A stretch of 64,000 nt of DNA from Candidatus Omnitrophota bacterium (lineage in GTDB: Bacteria; Omnitrophota; Gorgyraeia; Duberdicusellales; 4484-171). The notes beneath the pieces were generated by a model. The model had not been told where the DNA came from and did no database searches. It was given only the letters and a program-made list of their open reading frames with translations. The stretch lies in assembly GCA_021735045.1 (NCBI GenBank), contig JAIPHU010000001.1, positions 4,529-68,528 of the forward strand. Reading direction: 5' to 3'. The translations under genes and the position numbers were made by a program. This document shows positions 1 to 9,970 of the stretch, one piece after another; positions within the stretch are counted from its first letter, which is position 1; each line of letters opens with the position of its first letter.

Positions 1-2439
1 ATTCTCCAAGAGCAAAACAAAGTTGTACCTTCGGGTTATTTAACTTCCGGGGGAGAGAAAATAAGAGCAACAACTACCGGAGTTTTTACTAGCCTTGATG
101 ATATTAAGAATTTAATAGTTAAGGGGGAAAAAAGCAATCAATTGGTTTTGCTTAAGGATATAGCCGAACTTCGGAAAATTACTGTAGAACCTCCCCAGGC
201 AGTTATGCGGTTTAATGGTAAAAAGGCTATTGGGATTGGAGTATCTACAGTATCAGGAGGAAACACGATTGTGGTTGGGGATGCTGTTGAAGCTGAAATT
301 GATGAGTTGACCTCTCAGCTTCCTGCTGGTCTTAAAATTAATACTATTAATTTTCAGTCGAAAAGTGTAAAAAAGTCAATTAATAATTTTCTGCTGGCGT
401 TAATTGAAGCCATAATCATTGTGATGGCGGTACTTTTTGTATCTTTAGGTTTTCGCAGTGGGTTGGTTATTACCAACGGTCTTCTTTTTAATATAGCTGC
501 TTTGATCATCATCATGCTGATGTTAGGGGTCAATCTGCAAAATGTATCAATTGCTGCTCTAATTATTGCTTTAGGGATGATGGTCGACGACTCTGTGGTT
601 GTCAGCGATAATATCTTAGAAAGGCTCCGGGCAGATGGCAGCAGTCGTGATACTGCAGGAAGGGAAGCGGCCCAAGCTACCGGTTTTGCACAATTTATTG
701 CTACTTTTATCGCTATTTGTTCATTCCTTCCTATTTATTTAGCAAAAAGCTCTACGGGGCAATTTTGCGAATCGCTTTTTTTGGTAGTGGCTATTGCTCT
801 TTCGGTTAGCTGGCTACAAGCGATGACAGTGGTTCCGGTAATTGGCGGTTACTTATTTAAAGTAAAGAAGAAAGCTAAAAAGGCTAAAGCTTATTCTGGC
901 CGTTTTTATCAGAAATACCGGCAAATTTTACGATATTGGCTTAAGCGCCGGTGGCCTTTGATGCTGATTATGTTAGGGCTTTTGCTGATAGCTAGTTATG
1001 GTTTTGATTTTATGAAGACACAGTTTTTCCCAAAAGCTGTACGGCCTCAATTTCAGGTTAACTATTGGCTTCCCGAAGGAAGTTCGATAGAAAAAACTTC
1101 TCAGGACTTAAAAAAAATAGAAAAATATATTTTAACATTAAACGGTGTAAAATCAGTTGCCACATCAGTTGGATCTGGCCCGCCTCGTTTTATGTTGGCT
1201 TTTACTCCTGAACAGCCCAACCCCAGCTACGGCTGTATGATTGTTAATACCGAAACAGCCCAAGATGTACCTGGGATCATTAAAAAAGTTGATTCTTACC
1301 TTGATAAGCACTTTCCTCAGGCTGAGCCGGTGATCTGTAGGTTTTCTACTAATGGTGGCCCTAATATTGGTATTCATGCTCGTATTTTTGGCCCTGATCC
1401 TGAGGTTCTTTGTAAGTTTTCTGCTCAGGCTGAAGCAATCATGAGAGAAGAAGGGGGCCAGGAGATACGCAATAATTGGCGACAGAAAGTTAAAGTGTGG
1501 GTTCCAAAATATAGTCAACCTCGAGGCAGTCTTTCTGGAATTAATCGAGAAGACATTGGACAATCACTTCTTACCTACAGCCAAGGTTTTCCGATTGGCA
1601 TTTATCGGGAAGGGCATAATTTGCTTCCAATTAAGATAAGGTTTCCTAAAAAGGATCGAAATAATAACAGTAATTTGGCGACAGTTCCAGTTTGGGGAGA
1701 GCAAGGAAGAAATAGTGTTCCTTTAGGAGCTGTAGTAAATAGTGCTGAACTTAAGTTGGAAAATCCGGTAATTCATCGGCTACACCGTTTTCGATATATC
1801 AGTGCCATGTGCAATCCACCGGAGGGCGGAACTATCAACGATTTTCAAAAAAAGCTTAAAAAACGGTTTGAGAAAGAACTTTCGTTGCCTGATGGATATT
1901 GGTTAGAATGGGGCGGTTTGTATAAGCTTATGAAAAGTTCTAACAAGAGTGTGTCTGTTAAAGTTCCAATAGCTTTGATTCTTATGTTGATTGGAATTAT
2001 TATTCTTTTTGACGGCTTGATTCAGCCTCTGATGATTATTCTTACCTTACCTCTTTCAATTATTGGAATTTCGTTTGGTATGGTTATTTTTCAAAAACCC
2101 TTTAATTTTTTGGCTACGATGGGTTTTTATTGTTTGCTTGGAATTATGATTCGAAACGGGGTGATTTTAGTTCAGGAAATCGATCGTACGATTAAAAAAC
2201 AAGATGATCCTTATCAATCTGTAGTTGAAGCTTCGGTAACTCGAATTCGGCCAGTATTGATCACTGCTTTTTGTACCAGTTTGGGGATGATTCCGTTGAT
2301 TTCGGATGTACTTTTTGGTTCTATGGCGATTACAATTATTTCCGGTTTACTTTTTGCTACCATTATTACTCTAGTTTATCTCCCGGTGCTCTATGCTTTA
2401 CTGCATCGGATATATCCAAAACAAAAAACAAATCGTTAA
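1..2439 (+). CDS. RND efflux transporter permease subunit (AcrB/HAE1 family), 5'-truncated by window edge
   Basis: Frame 1 is open from nt 1 (no stop) into the 142..2439 ORF. Multiple TM segments and AcrB-like motifs (GMMVDDSVVV, large periplasmic loops). Confidence 0.75.
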   Translation: MLQEQNKVVPSGYLTSGGEKIRATTTGVFTSLDDIKNLIVKGEKSNQLVLLKDIAELRKITVEPPQAVMRFNGKKAIGIGVSTVSGGNTIVVGDAVEAEIDELTSQLPAGLKINTINFQSKSVKKSINNFLLALIEAIIIVMAVLFVSLGFRSGLVITNGLLFNIAALIIIMLMLGVNLQNVSIAALIIALGMMVDDSVVVSDNILERLRADGSSRDTAGREAAQATGFAQFIATFIAICSFLPIYLAKSSTGQFCESLFLVVAIALSVSWLQAMTVVPVIGGYLFKVKKKAKKAKAYSGRFYQKYRQILRYWLKRRWPLMLIMLGLLLIASYGFDFMKTQFFPKAVRPQFQVNYWLPEGSSIEKTSQDLKKIEKYILTLNGVKSVATSVGSGPPRFMLAFTPEQPNPSYGCMIVNTETAQDVPGIIKKVDSYLDKHFPQAEPVICRFSTNGGPNIGIHARIFGPDPEVLCKFSAQAEAIMREEGGQEIRNNWRQKVKVWVPKYSQPRGSLSGINREDIGQSLLTYSQGFPIGIYREGHNLLPIKIRFPKKDRNNNSNLATVPVWGEQGRNSVPLGAVVNSAELKLENPVIHRLHRFRYISAMCNPPEGGTINDFQKKLKKRFEKELSLPDGYWLEWGGLYKLMKSSNKSVSVKVPIALILMLIGIIILFDGLIQPLMIILTLPLSIIGISFGMVIFQKPFNFLATMGFYCLLGIMIRNGVILVQEIDRTIKKQDDPYQSVVEASVTRIRPVLITAFCTSLGMIPLISDVLFGSMAITIISGLLFATIITLVYLPVLYALLHRIYPKQKTNR

Positions 2440-3125
2440 TCAGTATTTTTTCTTTTTTCTCTTCGGGAGATATAAAGATTTATTAGGTAGGCTACATAAA
2501 AGACAAGGTAAAAGCGTCCGATTAACCCTTCGAGGATTGTTAAAGTTTGGGCCATACTCGAAATTGGCACTATGTCACCGAAGCCAATAGTTAAAAGAGA
2601 GATAAAACTATAGTAAAAAAGTAACCCATAAAATCCTATTAACTCGGGGTGACGGCCATGGACTCCAAAATTAAAAGAACCCGGAGATATTAGTTCCAGA
2701 TTGACAAAAAGGCTAGCCCATAAAACTCCGATCAGAATATAAACACATAATCCTCCCATTACGGTATCGGCACTTATTTGCTTTTGCTGGGACAGATTTC
2801 TAATAATTAGTCCGGTTATAAGTAAAAGGTATAAGCTGGAAAGTCCAGTGGCAGCTATCAAAATAAACTTTTGATTAATAAAATAACTGGTGAATTCTCC
2901 CAAAATGGATGCTGCTCCTAAAATTATTGCTAATTTAAAGAAACGGCTGCGCCGGATGCTGTAGGCAGCAGCTGCTAGAAAAAGATAATAGAGGATATCT
3001 CCTATATAACCAGCTGCCAAAGTATTTTCAAAAAGGGGATTAGCCAGCATTAGAAGGAGAAAAATTCCCAGCAGAATAGCAAAACGATGAGTATCTGTTG
3101 CAATGCGAAAAAAATCGGATTTCAT
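2436..3125 (-). CDS. Potassium-channel-like ion transport protein (pore helix plus TIGFGD selectivity-filter-like motif)
   Basis: 229 aa with 5-6 TM helices. TIGFGD matches the K+ channel TxGYGD/TxGFGD signature. Convergent with the RND gene; the two stop codons overlap in TTAA. Confidence 0.55.
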   Translation of the reverse strand: MKSDFFRIATDTHRFAILLGIFLLLMLANPLFENTLAAGYIGDILYYLFLAAAAYSIRRSRFFKLAIILGAASILGEFTSYFINQKFILIAATGLSSLYLLLITGLIIRNLSQQKQISADTVMGGLCVYILIGVLWASLFVNLELISPGSFNFGVHGRHPELIGFYGLLFYYSFISLLTIGFGDIVPISSMAQTLTILEGLIGRFYLVFYVAYLINLYISRREKRKNTD

Positions 3126-3267
3126 AATTTGTTTTTATTATACCAAAAAAATAACTATTATAAAGCGAACTTTTATTGAAGCGAAGATAAATTAGGGTTA
3201 AATAAAGTTTTTATGCCTAAACTGATACTTAGAAAGCAAAGACAGGCGATGTAAGCTATAGGTTTTT

Positions 3268-3308
3268 TTGCATTGATCTATTGTATTTGGTAATATTATT
3301 GATATAAT
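3268..3308 (+). promoter_or_regulatory. Candidate sigma70-type promoter(s) for glmU: TTGCAT-17nt-TAATAT, followed by extended -10 TGATATAAT
   Basis: Read directly in the 216-bp AT-rich spacer about 35-70 nt upstream of the glmU ATG. Confidence 0.3.
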
Positions 3309-3341
3309 ATGATTTATCTTCAGTAACCAATTAACCAATTT

Positions 3342-4631
3342 ATGAATAAAACAACAGCAATTATATTAGCAGCCGGCAAAGGCAAAAGGATGAAAAGTTC
3401 TTTGCCTAAAGTCTTAAGGAAGGTTTGCGGCCAGTCGCTTATCTACTATGTTCTAAAACAACTATCGAAAATTAAAACTATTAAGCAGATTGTTATAGTG
3501 GTAGGTTATAAAGGCGATTTAGTAAAAAAAGAAGTAGAAGCTCTATCATCTGGCCAACTAAAGAACTTATCCGGAAAAATAAAATTTGTCAATCAAACTA
3601 AAATGTGGGGAACAGCTGATGCGGTTAAAGTTGCTTTAAGCAAAGTAAAAAATAAAGAAGCTTTAGTTACTTGCGGGGATAATCCTCTGATTCGTTCTGC
3701 TACTCTTTCTAAATTTATGTCTTATTCTAGAAGAAATAATCTTGATTGCTGTATTCTTACTTCAACTATAGATAAGAAAAATCAATTGGGAATGATTATG
3801 TATGACAGTCAAGGTAAAGTGCAAGCAATAAAGGAAAAACTTTCGCCAAAAGGAAAGGCAAAAAATTTTATAAGTAGGGGTGAAGTGAATAGCGGGACCT
3901 ATTATTTTTCTAAAAAAGAACTTTCAAAAAATATAGGGAAAATAAAGCGAAATAAACTCAAAAAAGAGTATTTTTTAACTGATATAATTAAAATTTTAGC
4001 CAATCAGGGTAGGAGAATAAAAACTTATTTAGCCAAAGATTCGTCAGAAGTGGCGGGAATAAATAATCTTTTTGAGCTTCAATTTGCGGAAAAAGTAGTT
4101 AAAACTAGGGTTATTAGTCGATTAACAGAAAAAGGAGTAGTAGTAGTTGACCCCAGTACAACTATAGTTCAAGAATCAGTAAAAATTGGGAAAAACACAA
4201 CAATTTACCCCTTTACCTTTATTGAGAAAGGTGCTATAATTGGCAGCAATTGTTCGCTTGGGCCCTTTGTCCATATTCGAGCCGGAACACGGATCAGAGA
4301 TGGTGTTAAGGCAGGTAATTTCTTAGAGATTAATCGTTCTCAACTAGGTAAAGGCGTAACAGCTAAACATTTTGGTTATCTTGGTGATACTGTGGTCTCC
4401 GATAATGTTAATATCGGAGCCGGTACTGTTGTAGCTAACTACGACGGTAGACGAAAGCATAAAACCTATATCAAAGAAAATTCATTTATTGGCTGCGATA
4501 CAGTTTTGGTTGCTCCGGTAACTATTGGAAAAAATTCAAAAACTGGGGCGGGTTCTGTAGTCACTAAAAATGTTAAAGAGAAAGAAGTTGTAATTGGGGT
4601 TCCGGCTCACCTTTTAAAAGCTAAGGAGTAA
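3342..4631 (+). CDS. glmU: Bifunctional UDP-N-acetylglucosamine pyrophosphorylase / glucosamine-1-phosphate N-acetyltransferase
   Basis: N-terminal AILAAGKGKRMKSSLPKVL nucleotidyltransferase motif and C-terminal left-handed beta-helix hexapeptide repeats. Conserved glmU-prs neighbourhood. Confidence 0.85.
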   Translation: MNKTTAIILAAGKGKRMKSSLPKVLRKVCGQSLIYYVLKQLSKIKTIKQIVIVVGYKGDLVKKEVEALSSGQLKNLSGKIKFVNQTKMWGTADAVKVALSKVKNKEALVTCGDNPLIRSATLSKFMSYSRRNNLDCCILTSTIDKKNQLGMIMYDSQGKVQAIKEKLSPKGKAKNFISRGEVNSGTYYFSKKELSKNIGKIKRNKLKKEYFLTDIIKILANQGRRIKTYLAKDSSEVAGINNLFELQFAEKVVKTRVISRLTEKGVVVVDPSTTIVQESVKIGKNTTIYPFTFIEKGAIIGSNCSLGPFVHIRAGTRIRDGVKAGNFLEINRSQLGKGVTAKHFGYLGDTVVSDNVNIGAGTVVANYDGRRKHKTYIKENSFIGCDTVLVAPVTIGKNSKTGAGSVVTKNVKEKEVVIGVPAHLLKAKE

Positions 4632-4633
4632 AC

Positions 4634-5581
4634 ATGGATAAGTTAGTAGTTTTTGGTGGTAGTGCTAATAGTCCTTTGGCTGAGAAAATTTGTAAAAATT
4701 TAAATACAGAACCAGCTAAGGCGCAAATTTCACGTTTTAGTGACGGTGAGGTACGGGTTCAGCTAAAAGAAAATGTAAGAGGAAAAGATGTTTTTTTAAT
4801 TCAATCAACTTGTCCGCCGGTTAATGAAAATTTAATGGAATTGTTGGTTATGCTTGATGCCACCAGGCGCGCTTCAGCTCAAAGGATAACAGCTGTAATT
4901 CCTTATTTTGGTTATGCTCGTCAAGATAGAAAAGATAGGCCCAGAGTACCAATTACTGCAAAGTTAGTGGCTAATATTTTAGCAAGTTCTGGGGCCGATA
5001 GGGTATTAACTTTAGATTTACATGCTGGCCAGATCCAGGGTTTTTTTGATATTCCCTTGGATCACCTATATGCAATTAATGTTTTTTTCGAATATTTTAA
5101 AAAAAACAAAATAAAGGATTTAGTAATTGTTTCTCCAGATGTAGGTGGAATTAAGATGGCTAGAGCTTATGCCAAGCGCTTTAGTGCAGATTTGGCAATT
5201 GTGGATAAAAGGCGCAAATCGCCTGAGTCAACTGAAGTAATGCATATTTTAGGTAATGTTGCCGGTAAAAACGTATTGTTGGTAGATGATATAATCGCAA
5301 CTGGTTCATCACTAGTTAATGGGGCAGCTGCATTAAAGAAGCAAGGAGCTAAGAATATCTTTGCTGCTATAAGTCATGGAATTCTATCTAATAATGCAAC
5401 TGATAAATTAAAAGATTCTGACATAGACTCATTGGTTATAACTGATTCAATTCCTTTAGGAGAAGATAAAAAAAGAGATAAAATAAAAGTTGTTTCTGTG
5501 GATAATCTTTTTGCAGAAGCTATTAAAAGAATTCATTTTGAAAAATCGATAAGCGTTCTTTTTGATTCAATAGGAGGATAA
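4634..5581 (+). CDS. prs: Ribose-phosphate pyrophosphokinase
   Basis: 315 aa with the PRPP synthetase fold (FSDGE, DLHAGQIQGFF, VVSPDVGG, PRPP-binding VDDIIATG). Confidence 0.9.
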   Translation: MDKLVVFGGSANSPLAEKICKNLNTEPAKAQISRFSDGEVRVQLKENVRGKDVFLIQSTCPPVNENLMELLVMLDATRRASAQRITAVIPYFGYARQDRKDRPRVPITAKLVANILASSGADRVLTLDLHAGQIQGFFDIPLDHLYAINVFFEYFKKNKIKDLVIVSPDVGGIKMARAYAKRFSADLAIVDKRRKSPESTEVMHILGNVAGKNVLLVDDIIATGSSLVNGAAALKKQGAKNIFAAISHGILSNNATDKLKDSDIDSLVITDSIPLGEDKKRDKIKVVSVDNLFAEAIKRIHFEKSISVLFDSIGG

Positions 5582-5582
5582 G

Positions 5583-6299
5583 ATGGAGAGAGCCAAAATA
5601 GAGGTAAAAAAACGTACCGATAAAGGCAAGCAAGCCGTTAAACGGTTAAGAGCAGAGGGTTCTATCCCAGCCATAGTGTATGGTAAAGATATAAGTTCTG
5701 CAGTTACTGTTTCTTCAGAAGGATTTAAAACTTTAAGAGATATGCATTTTTCTGAGAGTACCGTTATAGATTTGTTTATTTCAGGGGAGAAGAAATCAGA
5801 ATCAATCCCGGTATTGATTAAAGATGTTCAATACCATCCTTTAACCGACAAAGTTATTCACATAGATTTACTCCAGGTGTCTTTGAAAGAAAAGATTACA
5901 GTTCATATTCCGGTTGTTTTAAAAGGAGAGGCAAAAGGAAAAGAAGAGGGTGCTGTACTTGAACAAATATTAAGAGAGATAGAGGTAGAAGGCCTGCCTT
6001 TAAGTATTCCGGAAGATATTGAAGTTGATATATCCGGCCTGGAGATAGGGCATTCACTTCATGTTGCTGATCTTCAGCCTCCTGCTGATATTGCAATTGT
6101 AACCGAGCCTGAATCAACCGTTGCAACCTTGGTGGTTAAAAAAGAAGAGGAAGAAGAGGAAGAGGAGTTGGCAGAAGAAGCGCCTACAGAGCCTGAAGTC
6201 ATAAAAGAAAAGAAGGAAGGCGAAGAGCCGGCTGAGGCAAAAGAAGATAAAGAAGCAGAGAAGCCAGAAGCAAAGAAAGAAGAAGGTAAAAAAGAATAA
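5583..6299 (+). CDS. rplY: 50S ribosomal protein L25 / general stress protein Ctc, with a long E/K-rich C-terminal tail
   Basis: N-terminal L25 fold (RTDKGKQAVKRLRAEGSIPAIVYGK), then about 60 aa of EEEEEEE/K-rich low complexity. Canonical prs-rplY-pth order. Confidence 0.8.
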   Translation: MERAKIEVKKRTDKGKQAVKRLRAEGSIPAIVYGKDISSAVTVSSEGFKTLRDMHFSESTVIDLFISGEKKSESIPVLIKDVQYHPLTDKVIHIDLLQVSLKEKITVHIPVVLKGEAKGKEEGAVLEQILREIEVEGLPLSIPEDIEVDISGLEIGHSLHVADLQPPADIAIVTEPESTVATLVVKKEEEEEEEELAEEAPTEPEVIKEKKEGEEPAEAKEDKEAEKPEAKKEEGKKE

Positions 6300-6301
6300 A
6301 G

Positions 6302-6874
6302 TTGAAAATTATAGTTGGACTCGGTAATCCCGGTAAGAAATATTCTGAGAATAGGCATAATATAGGTTTTAAAGTAGTTGATCAGTTAGCTTGTAAATAT
6401 AAAGTAAAATTAAAACGGACTATTCGCCAAAAAGCTTGGCTGGGTGAACTAAAAATAGATTTCGATAGTTTTTTGCTGGTTAAGCCTAAAACTTATATGA
6501 ATAATTCTGGTCTTTGTGTGGGCAGAGTTTTGGCGAAATACAAAGTTCCAAGACAAGATTTGTTAGTTGTTTATGATGATGTTGATCTAAATTTGGGAAC
6601 TTTACGGATTAAAAAAAGTGGTTCTTCAGGGGGCCATAAAGGGATAGCCTCGATTATTGACATTTTAGGAACAAAAGAAATCAATCGTTTAAGGGTTGGA
6701 GTTGGCCGGCCAACTTTTGGTAGAGGTGGCCCTAACCGGCCTCTTACTGATTTTGTTTTATCTAACTTTTCAAGTGAAGAAAAAAAACAGCTTAAAGAAG
6801 TTATTAAAGAGGCGGCAGAAATTTCATTGAAATGGTTTGAGGATAGACAAGAAAAAACTATTAAAATTAGTTAA
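6302..6874 (+). CDS. pth: Peptidyl-tRNA hydrolase (TTG start)
   Basis: MKIIVGLGNPGKKYSENRHNIGF is the classic Pth N-terminus. Starts with TTG 2 nt after the rplY stop. Confidence 0.85.
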   Translation: MKIIVGLGNPGKKYSENRHNIGFKVVDQLACKYKVKLKRTIRQKAWLGELKIDFDSFLLVKPKTYMNNSGLCVGRVLAKYKVPRQDLLVVYDDVDLNLGTLRIKKSGSSGGHKGIASIIDILGTKEINRLRVGVGRPTFGRGGPNRPLTDFVLSNFSSEEKKQLKEVIKEAAEISLKWFEDRQEKTIKIS

Positions 6875-6876
6875 TT

Positions 6877-6967
6877 GATATCAACGAATTACAAATCAGT
6901 TACGAATATACGGATAAATATTTATAGAATTCGTAAATTAGTATGGATTCGTATGTTCGTTGATGGT
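6877..6967 (+). repeat. TACGAAT-rich palindromic intergenic element, copy 1 (inverted termini ATCAACGAA ... TTCGTTGAT)
   Basis: Two ACGAAT direct repeats in the left half and three ATTCGTA in the right half, bounded by an inverted ATCAACGAA/TTCGTTGAT pair. Sits directly upstream of rpsF. Confidence 0.5.
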
Positions 6968-6992
6968 AGAAAGTGACAAAAACGGAGGAAAT

Positions 6993-7346
6993 ATGGAGCG
7001 CAATTATGAATGCATGCTTATTTTAAGACCTGACTTACCAGAACCAGATAGAGAAAAAATTGCCGGTGAGATCGGGAAAAAAATTGAAGAGTTAAAGGGG
7101 CAAGTAAAGAAGTCTGTGCTATGGCGGAGTTTAAGAGACTTTCATTATTTTTTAAGAAGTAAAGGAGCCGAACGGACGAAATACTATAAGGGTTCTTATT
7201 GGTTGATTGAGTTTTTCTTACCTACAGAAAATCTTGATGAGTTAAAAGAAACGATAAGGCTTGAAGAAGGTATATTGAGAAGTCTTGTTTTGAATAAAGA
7301 GAGTGATAAGATTAAAATAGAACAGGAGAAAGTACAAGCTAGTTAA
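6993..7346 (+). CDS. rpsF: 30S ribosomal protein S6
   Basis: MERNYECMLILRPDL matches the S6 N-terminus, and GGAGG lies 6 nt upstream of ATG 6993. The ORF-track start at 6960 is probably too early. Confidence 0.85.
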   Translation: MERNYECMLILRPDLPEPDREKIAGEIGKKIEELKGQVKKSVLWRSLRDFHYFLRSKGAERTKYYKGSYWLIEFFLPTENLDELKETIRLEEGILRSLVLNKESDKIKIEQEKVQAS

Positions 7347-7379
7347 TTAGTAACTGGTTCATGGTTGATGGCTCACTCT

Positions 7380-7416
7380 GTATAGCGCAAAGCGCTTAGC
7401 GCTATGCACTTTGCTC
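7380..7416. repeat. GCGC-rich REP-like palindrome, copy 1 (GTATAGCGCAAAGCGCTTAGCGCTATGCAC)
   Basis: Nested palindromes ATAGCGC...GCGCTAT and AAGCGCTT. Near-identical reverse-complement copies at about 23800 and 50470. Confidence 0.45.
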
Positions 7417-7446
7417 TAAGCTAACTGTTAATAGGAGGGTTTATCA

Positions 7447-7869
7447 ATGGTAAGTTTGAATAAAGTATTTTTGGTAGGAAATTTAACTAGGGACCCGGAA
7501 TTACGTTATACCCCAGGAGGAACGCCGGTTGCTACTTTAGGATTAGCGGTAAATAGGACCTATAAAAGTAAAGATGGCCAAAATCAGCAAGATACTTGTT
7601 TTTTGAATGTGGTAGTTTGGAGTCAAATGGCAGAAGTTTCTAACCAATATCTTCAAAAGGGAAGCCCGGTTTTAATCGAAGGAAGATTACAGTCGCGGAG
7701 TTGGGAGAATTCAGAAAAACAACGCAGGACTACGATTGAAGTTGTGGCTAGTAGGGTGCAGTTTTTACCTCAGAGAAGATCTCGGGATCAAGAAGAACCA
7801 AAAGGAAAAGATACTGAAAAAGTAGTTAATTTAGATGATGAAGATAATAATCTAGGAGAGGCGATATAA
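7447..7869 (+). CDS. ssb: Single-stranded DNA-binding protein
   Basis: OB-fold N-terminus ([21 protein letters not shown]) and acidic C-terminal tail [11 protein letters not shown]. rpsF-ssb-rpsR-rplI synteny. Confidence 0.85.
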   Translation: MVSLNKVFLVGNLTRDPELRYTPGGTPVATLGLAVNRTYKSKDGQNQQDTCFLNVVVWSQMAEVSNQYLQKGSPVLIEGRLQSRSWENSEKQRRTTIEVVASRVQFLPQRRSRDQEEPKGKDTEKVVNLDDEDNNLGEAI

Positions 7870-7870
7870 T

Positions 7871-8113
7871 ATGGCTAAAAAAAGTAAAAAAAGCAGACAA
7901 AAAATAACTCGTTTTAAAAAAAATTGCATATTTTGTAAAAAAGGATTAGAGATTGACTATAAAGATATAGATTTGATAAAAAGATATCTTACTAATCGAG
8001 GCAAAATAAAGTCACGCCGAATTACCGGAGTTTGTGCAAAACATCAACGTAAGTTAACCAAAGAGGTCCAAAGAGCAAGATTCCTGAATTTGGTACCTTA
8101 TGTAGTTAAATAA
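7871..8113 (+). CDS. rpsR: 30S ribosomal protein S18
   Basis: 80 aa with the conserved [34 protein letters not shown] motif. Confidence 0.9.
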   Translation: MAKKSKKSRQKITRFKKNCIFCKKGLEIDYKDIDLIKRYLTNRGKIKSRRITGVCAKHQRKLTKEVQRARFLNLVPYVVK

Positions 8114-8126
8114 GGGGGTCGATTTA

Positions 8127-8576
8127 ATGAAAGTTATTCTCTTAGATAATAACATGGAAAAGTTAGGAAAAGAGGGAGATGTTGTTGAAGTTAAAGACGG
8201 TTATGGCCGCAACTATCTTATTCCTAATAAGTTAGCTTTGTTAGCTACAAAAGCAAATTTAAAAAAAGTCGATCAGCTGAAACAAGAAAGAACCAAGAAA
8301 GAAGAAAAACAAAAACAGAGCTTGATGGATTTAAAAGATAAACTTGAAGGTTTGTCTCTGACAGTTACTACCGAAGCAAAAGACGATGACACCCTTTATG
8401 GTAATATCGGGCAGCTACAGATTATAAAATTGTTAAAAGAAAAGCAGGAAATAGAGCTACCCAAAGAGAAACTATCTTTACAAGAGCCTATCGATAAACT
8501 AGGTGTTTATAAGATCCCCATAAAGATAGATAAAGACCTAGAAGCAAATCTGCGCTTGTGGGTTGTTAGAAAATAA
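8127..8576 (+). CDS. rplI: 50S ribosomal protein L9
   Basis: MKVILLDNNMEKLGKEGDVVEVKDGYGRNYLIPNKLA is the L9 N-domain. Confidence 0.9.
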   Translation: MKVILLDNNMEKLGKEGDVVEVKDGYGRNYLIPNKLALLATKANLKKVDQLKQERTKKEEKQKQSLMDLKDKLEGLSLTVTTEAKDDDTLYGNIGQLQIIKLLKEKQEIELPKEKLSLQEPIDKLGVYKIPIKIDKDLEANLRLWVVRK

Positions 8577-8585
8577 AATAAGTTT

Positions 8586-9926
8586 ATGGATTTAGGAAAC
8601 CCCACTCAAAATATAAGCAAGATTCCTCCCCAAAACATTGAAGCAGAAATGGCCACTTTAGGGGCCATGCTTTTAAATGAAAAGGTCATCTCTGAAATTG
8701 TCGAGATCACTGATTCAGCTTTCTTTTATAAAAAAGAGCATAGAATAATTTTTGACACAATTATTGAGCTTTATGACAAACGGACAAAGATAGATGTTCT
8801 TACGGTTTCGGAAAGTTTGCGTAAAAAGAATGTTTTAGAAGAGGTTGGCGGGGCCGCTCAACTTACTGCTTTAGCTGATTTTGTGCCTTCTTCAGCTAAT
8901 GCCGCAAACTATGCACGTATTGTCAAAGAAAAAGGAATTTTACGATCTTTGATTGAAAATTCTTCTGAAATTATATCTTTAAGCTATAAAGGCCAAGAAG
9001 AAATAAGCGCTTTATTGGATAAAGCCGAGAAGTTAATCTTTGATATTAGTGATCGCCGAGTTGAAGGTGGTTATGTTCACATAAAAGATATAATTAAAGA
9101 TGGGATTGAGTTAATTGAGTCACTTTATCATAAAAAATCTCATGTGACAGGTGTTCCTACTGGATTTCGTGATTTTGATTTAAAAACTGCTGGGTTTCAA
9201 AAAGGTGATTTAATTATTGTTGCCGGTAGGCCTTCAATGGGGAAAAGTGCTCTGGTAACCTCTATCACTGGCCATGTCGCGATCAATAAAAAGATTCCTG
9301 TAGGTATTTTTAGTTTAGAGATGTCAAAGGAACAGCTTATGCAGCGCTTTTTATGTGCAGAAGCCAAGGTAGAAGTAAATAGGGTAAGAACCGGTTTTCT
9401 TTCTCCTTCTGAATGGCCTAGTTTAACTGCAGCGGCTGGTAAATTATCTGAGGCCCCGATTTATATTGATGATACACCAGCAATGAACATTTTTGAAATT
9501 AGAGCTAAGGCAAGAAGGCTTAAGGCACATCATGATATACAGCTTATTTTGGTTGACTATCTTCAATTGATTAGAGGGGCCGGTAGAACCGAAAGCCGTC
9601 AACAGGAGATATCAAAGATATCGCAAGGCTTAAAGGCTTTAGCTAAAGAGTTAAATATTCCTTTGATTGCAGTAAGTCAGCTTTCTCGAGCTGTTGAGTC
9701 TAGAGAAGGCCACAGGCCTAAACTTTCCGACTTACGTGAGTCAGGAGCTATAGAGCAAGATGCTGATCTAGTCGTACTTCTTTTTCGTCAAGAGTACTAT
9801 CAACCTGATGAAGAAAATAAAGGCATAGCTGAGGCGATTATTGCCAAACAAAGAAATGGCCCGGTGGGGACTATAAGTTTAGCGTTTTTAAAAGAATATA
9901 TGAGATTTGCTGATTTAGCAAAATAA
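8586..9926 (+). CDS. dnaB: Replicative DNA helicase DnaB
   Basis: 446 aa with the N-terminal DnaB domain (PPQNIEAEMATLGAMLL), Walker A GRPSMGKSA, and DnaB RecA-like motifs. Confidence 0.9.
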   Translation: MDLGNPTQNISKIPPQNIEAEMATLGAMLLNEKVISEIVEITDSAFFYKKEHRIIFDTIIELYDKRTKIDVLTVSESLRKKNVLEEVGGAAQLTALADFVPSSANAANYARIVKEKGILRSLIENSSEIISLSYKGQEEISALLDKAEKLIFDISDRRVEGGYVHIKDIIKDGIELIESLYHKKSHVTGVPTGFRDFDLKTAGFQKGDLIIVAGRPSMGKSALVTSITGHVAINKKIPVGIFSLEMSKEQLMQRFLCAEAKVEVNRVRTGFLSPSEWPSLTAAAGKLSEAPIYIDDTPAMNIFEIRAKARRLKAHHDIQLILVDYLQLIRGAGRTESRQQEISKISQGLKALAKELNIPLIAVSQLSRAVESREGHRPKLSDLRESGAIEQDADLVVLLFRQEYYQPDEENKGIAEAIIAKQRNGPVGTISLAFLKEYMRFADLAK

Positions 9927-9970
9927 AAGGGGGTTTGACTTTGGAAAATAAAGCGTCTATAATATTTTTT

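Noticed and set aside
1165-1563. 132-aa minus-strand ORF inside the RND permease gene. Also 5896..6126, 6074..6358, 10076..10309, 10814..11011, 12881..13099, 13179..13388, 15091..15575, 29323..29619, 32427..34128, 35685..35921, 37992..38797, 39690..39938, 40604..40807, 41394..41828, 42016..42325, 43604..43939 and similar.
   Set aside because: All are nested or antisense within well-supported conserved genes, and all are short with no domain signatures. These are typical shadow ORFs.
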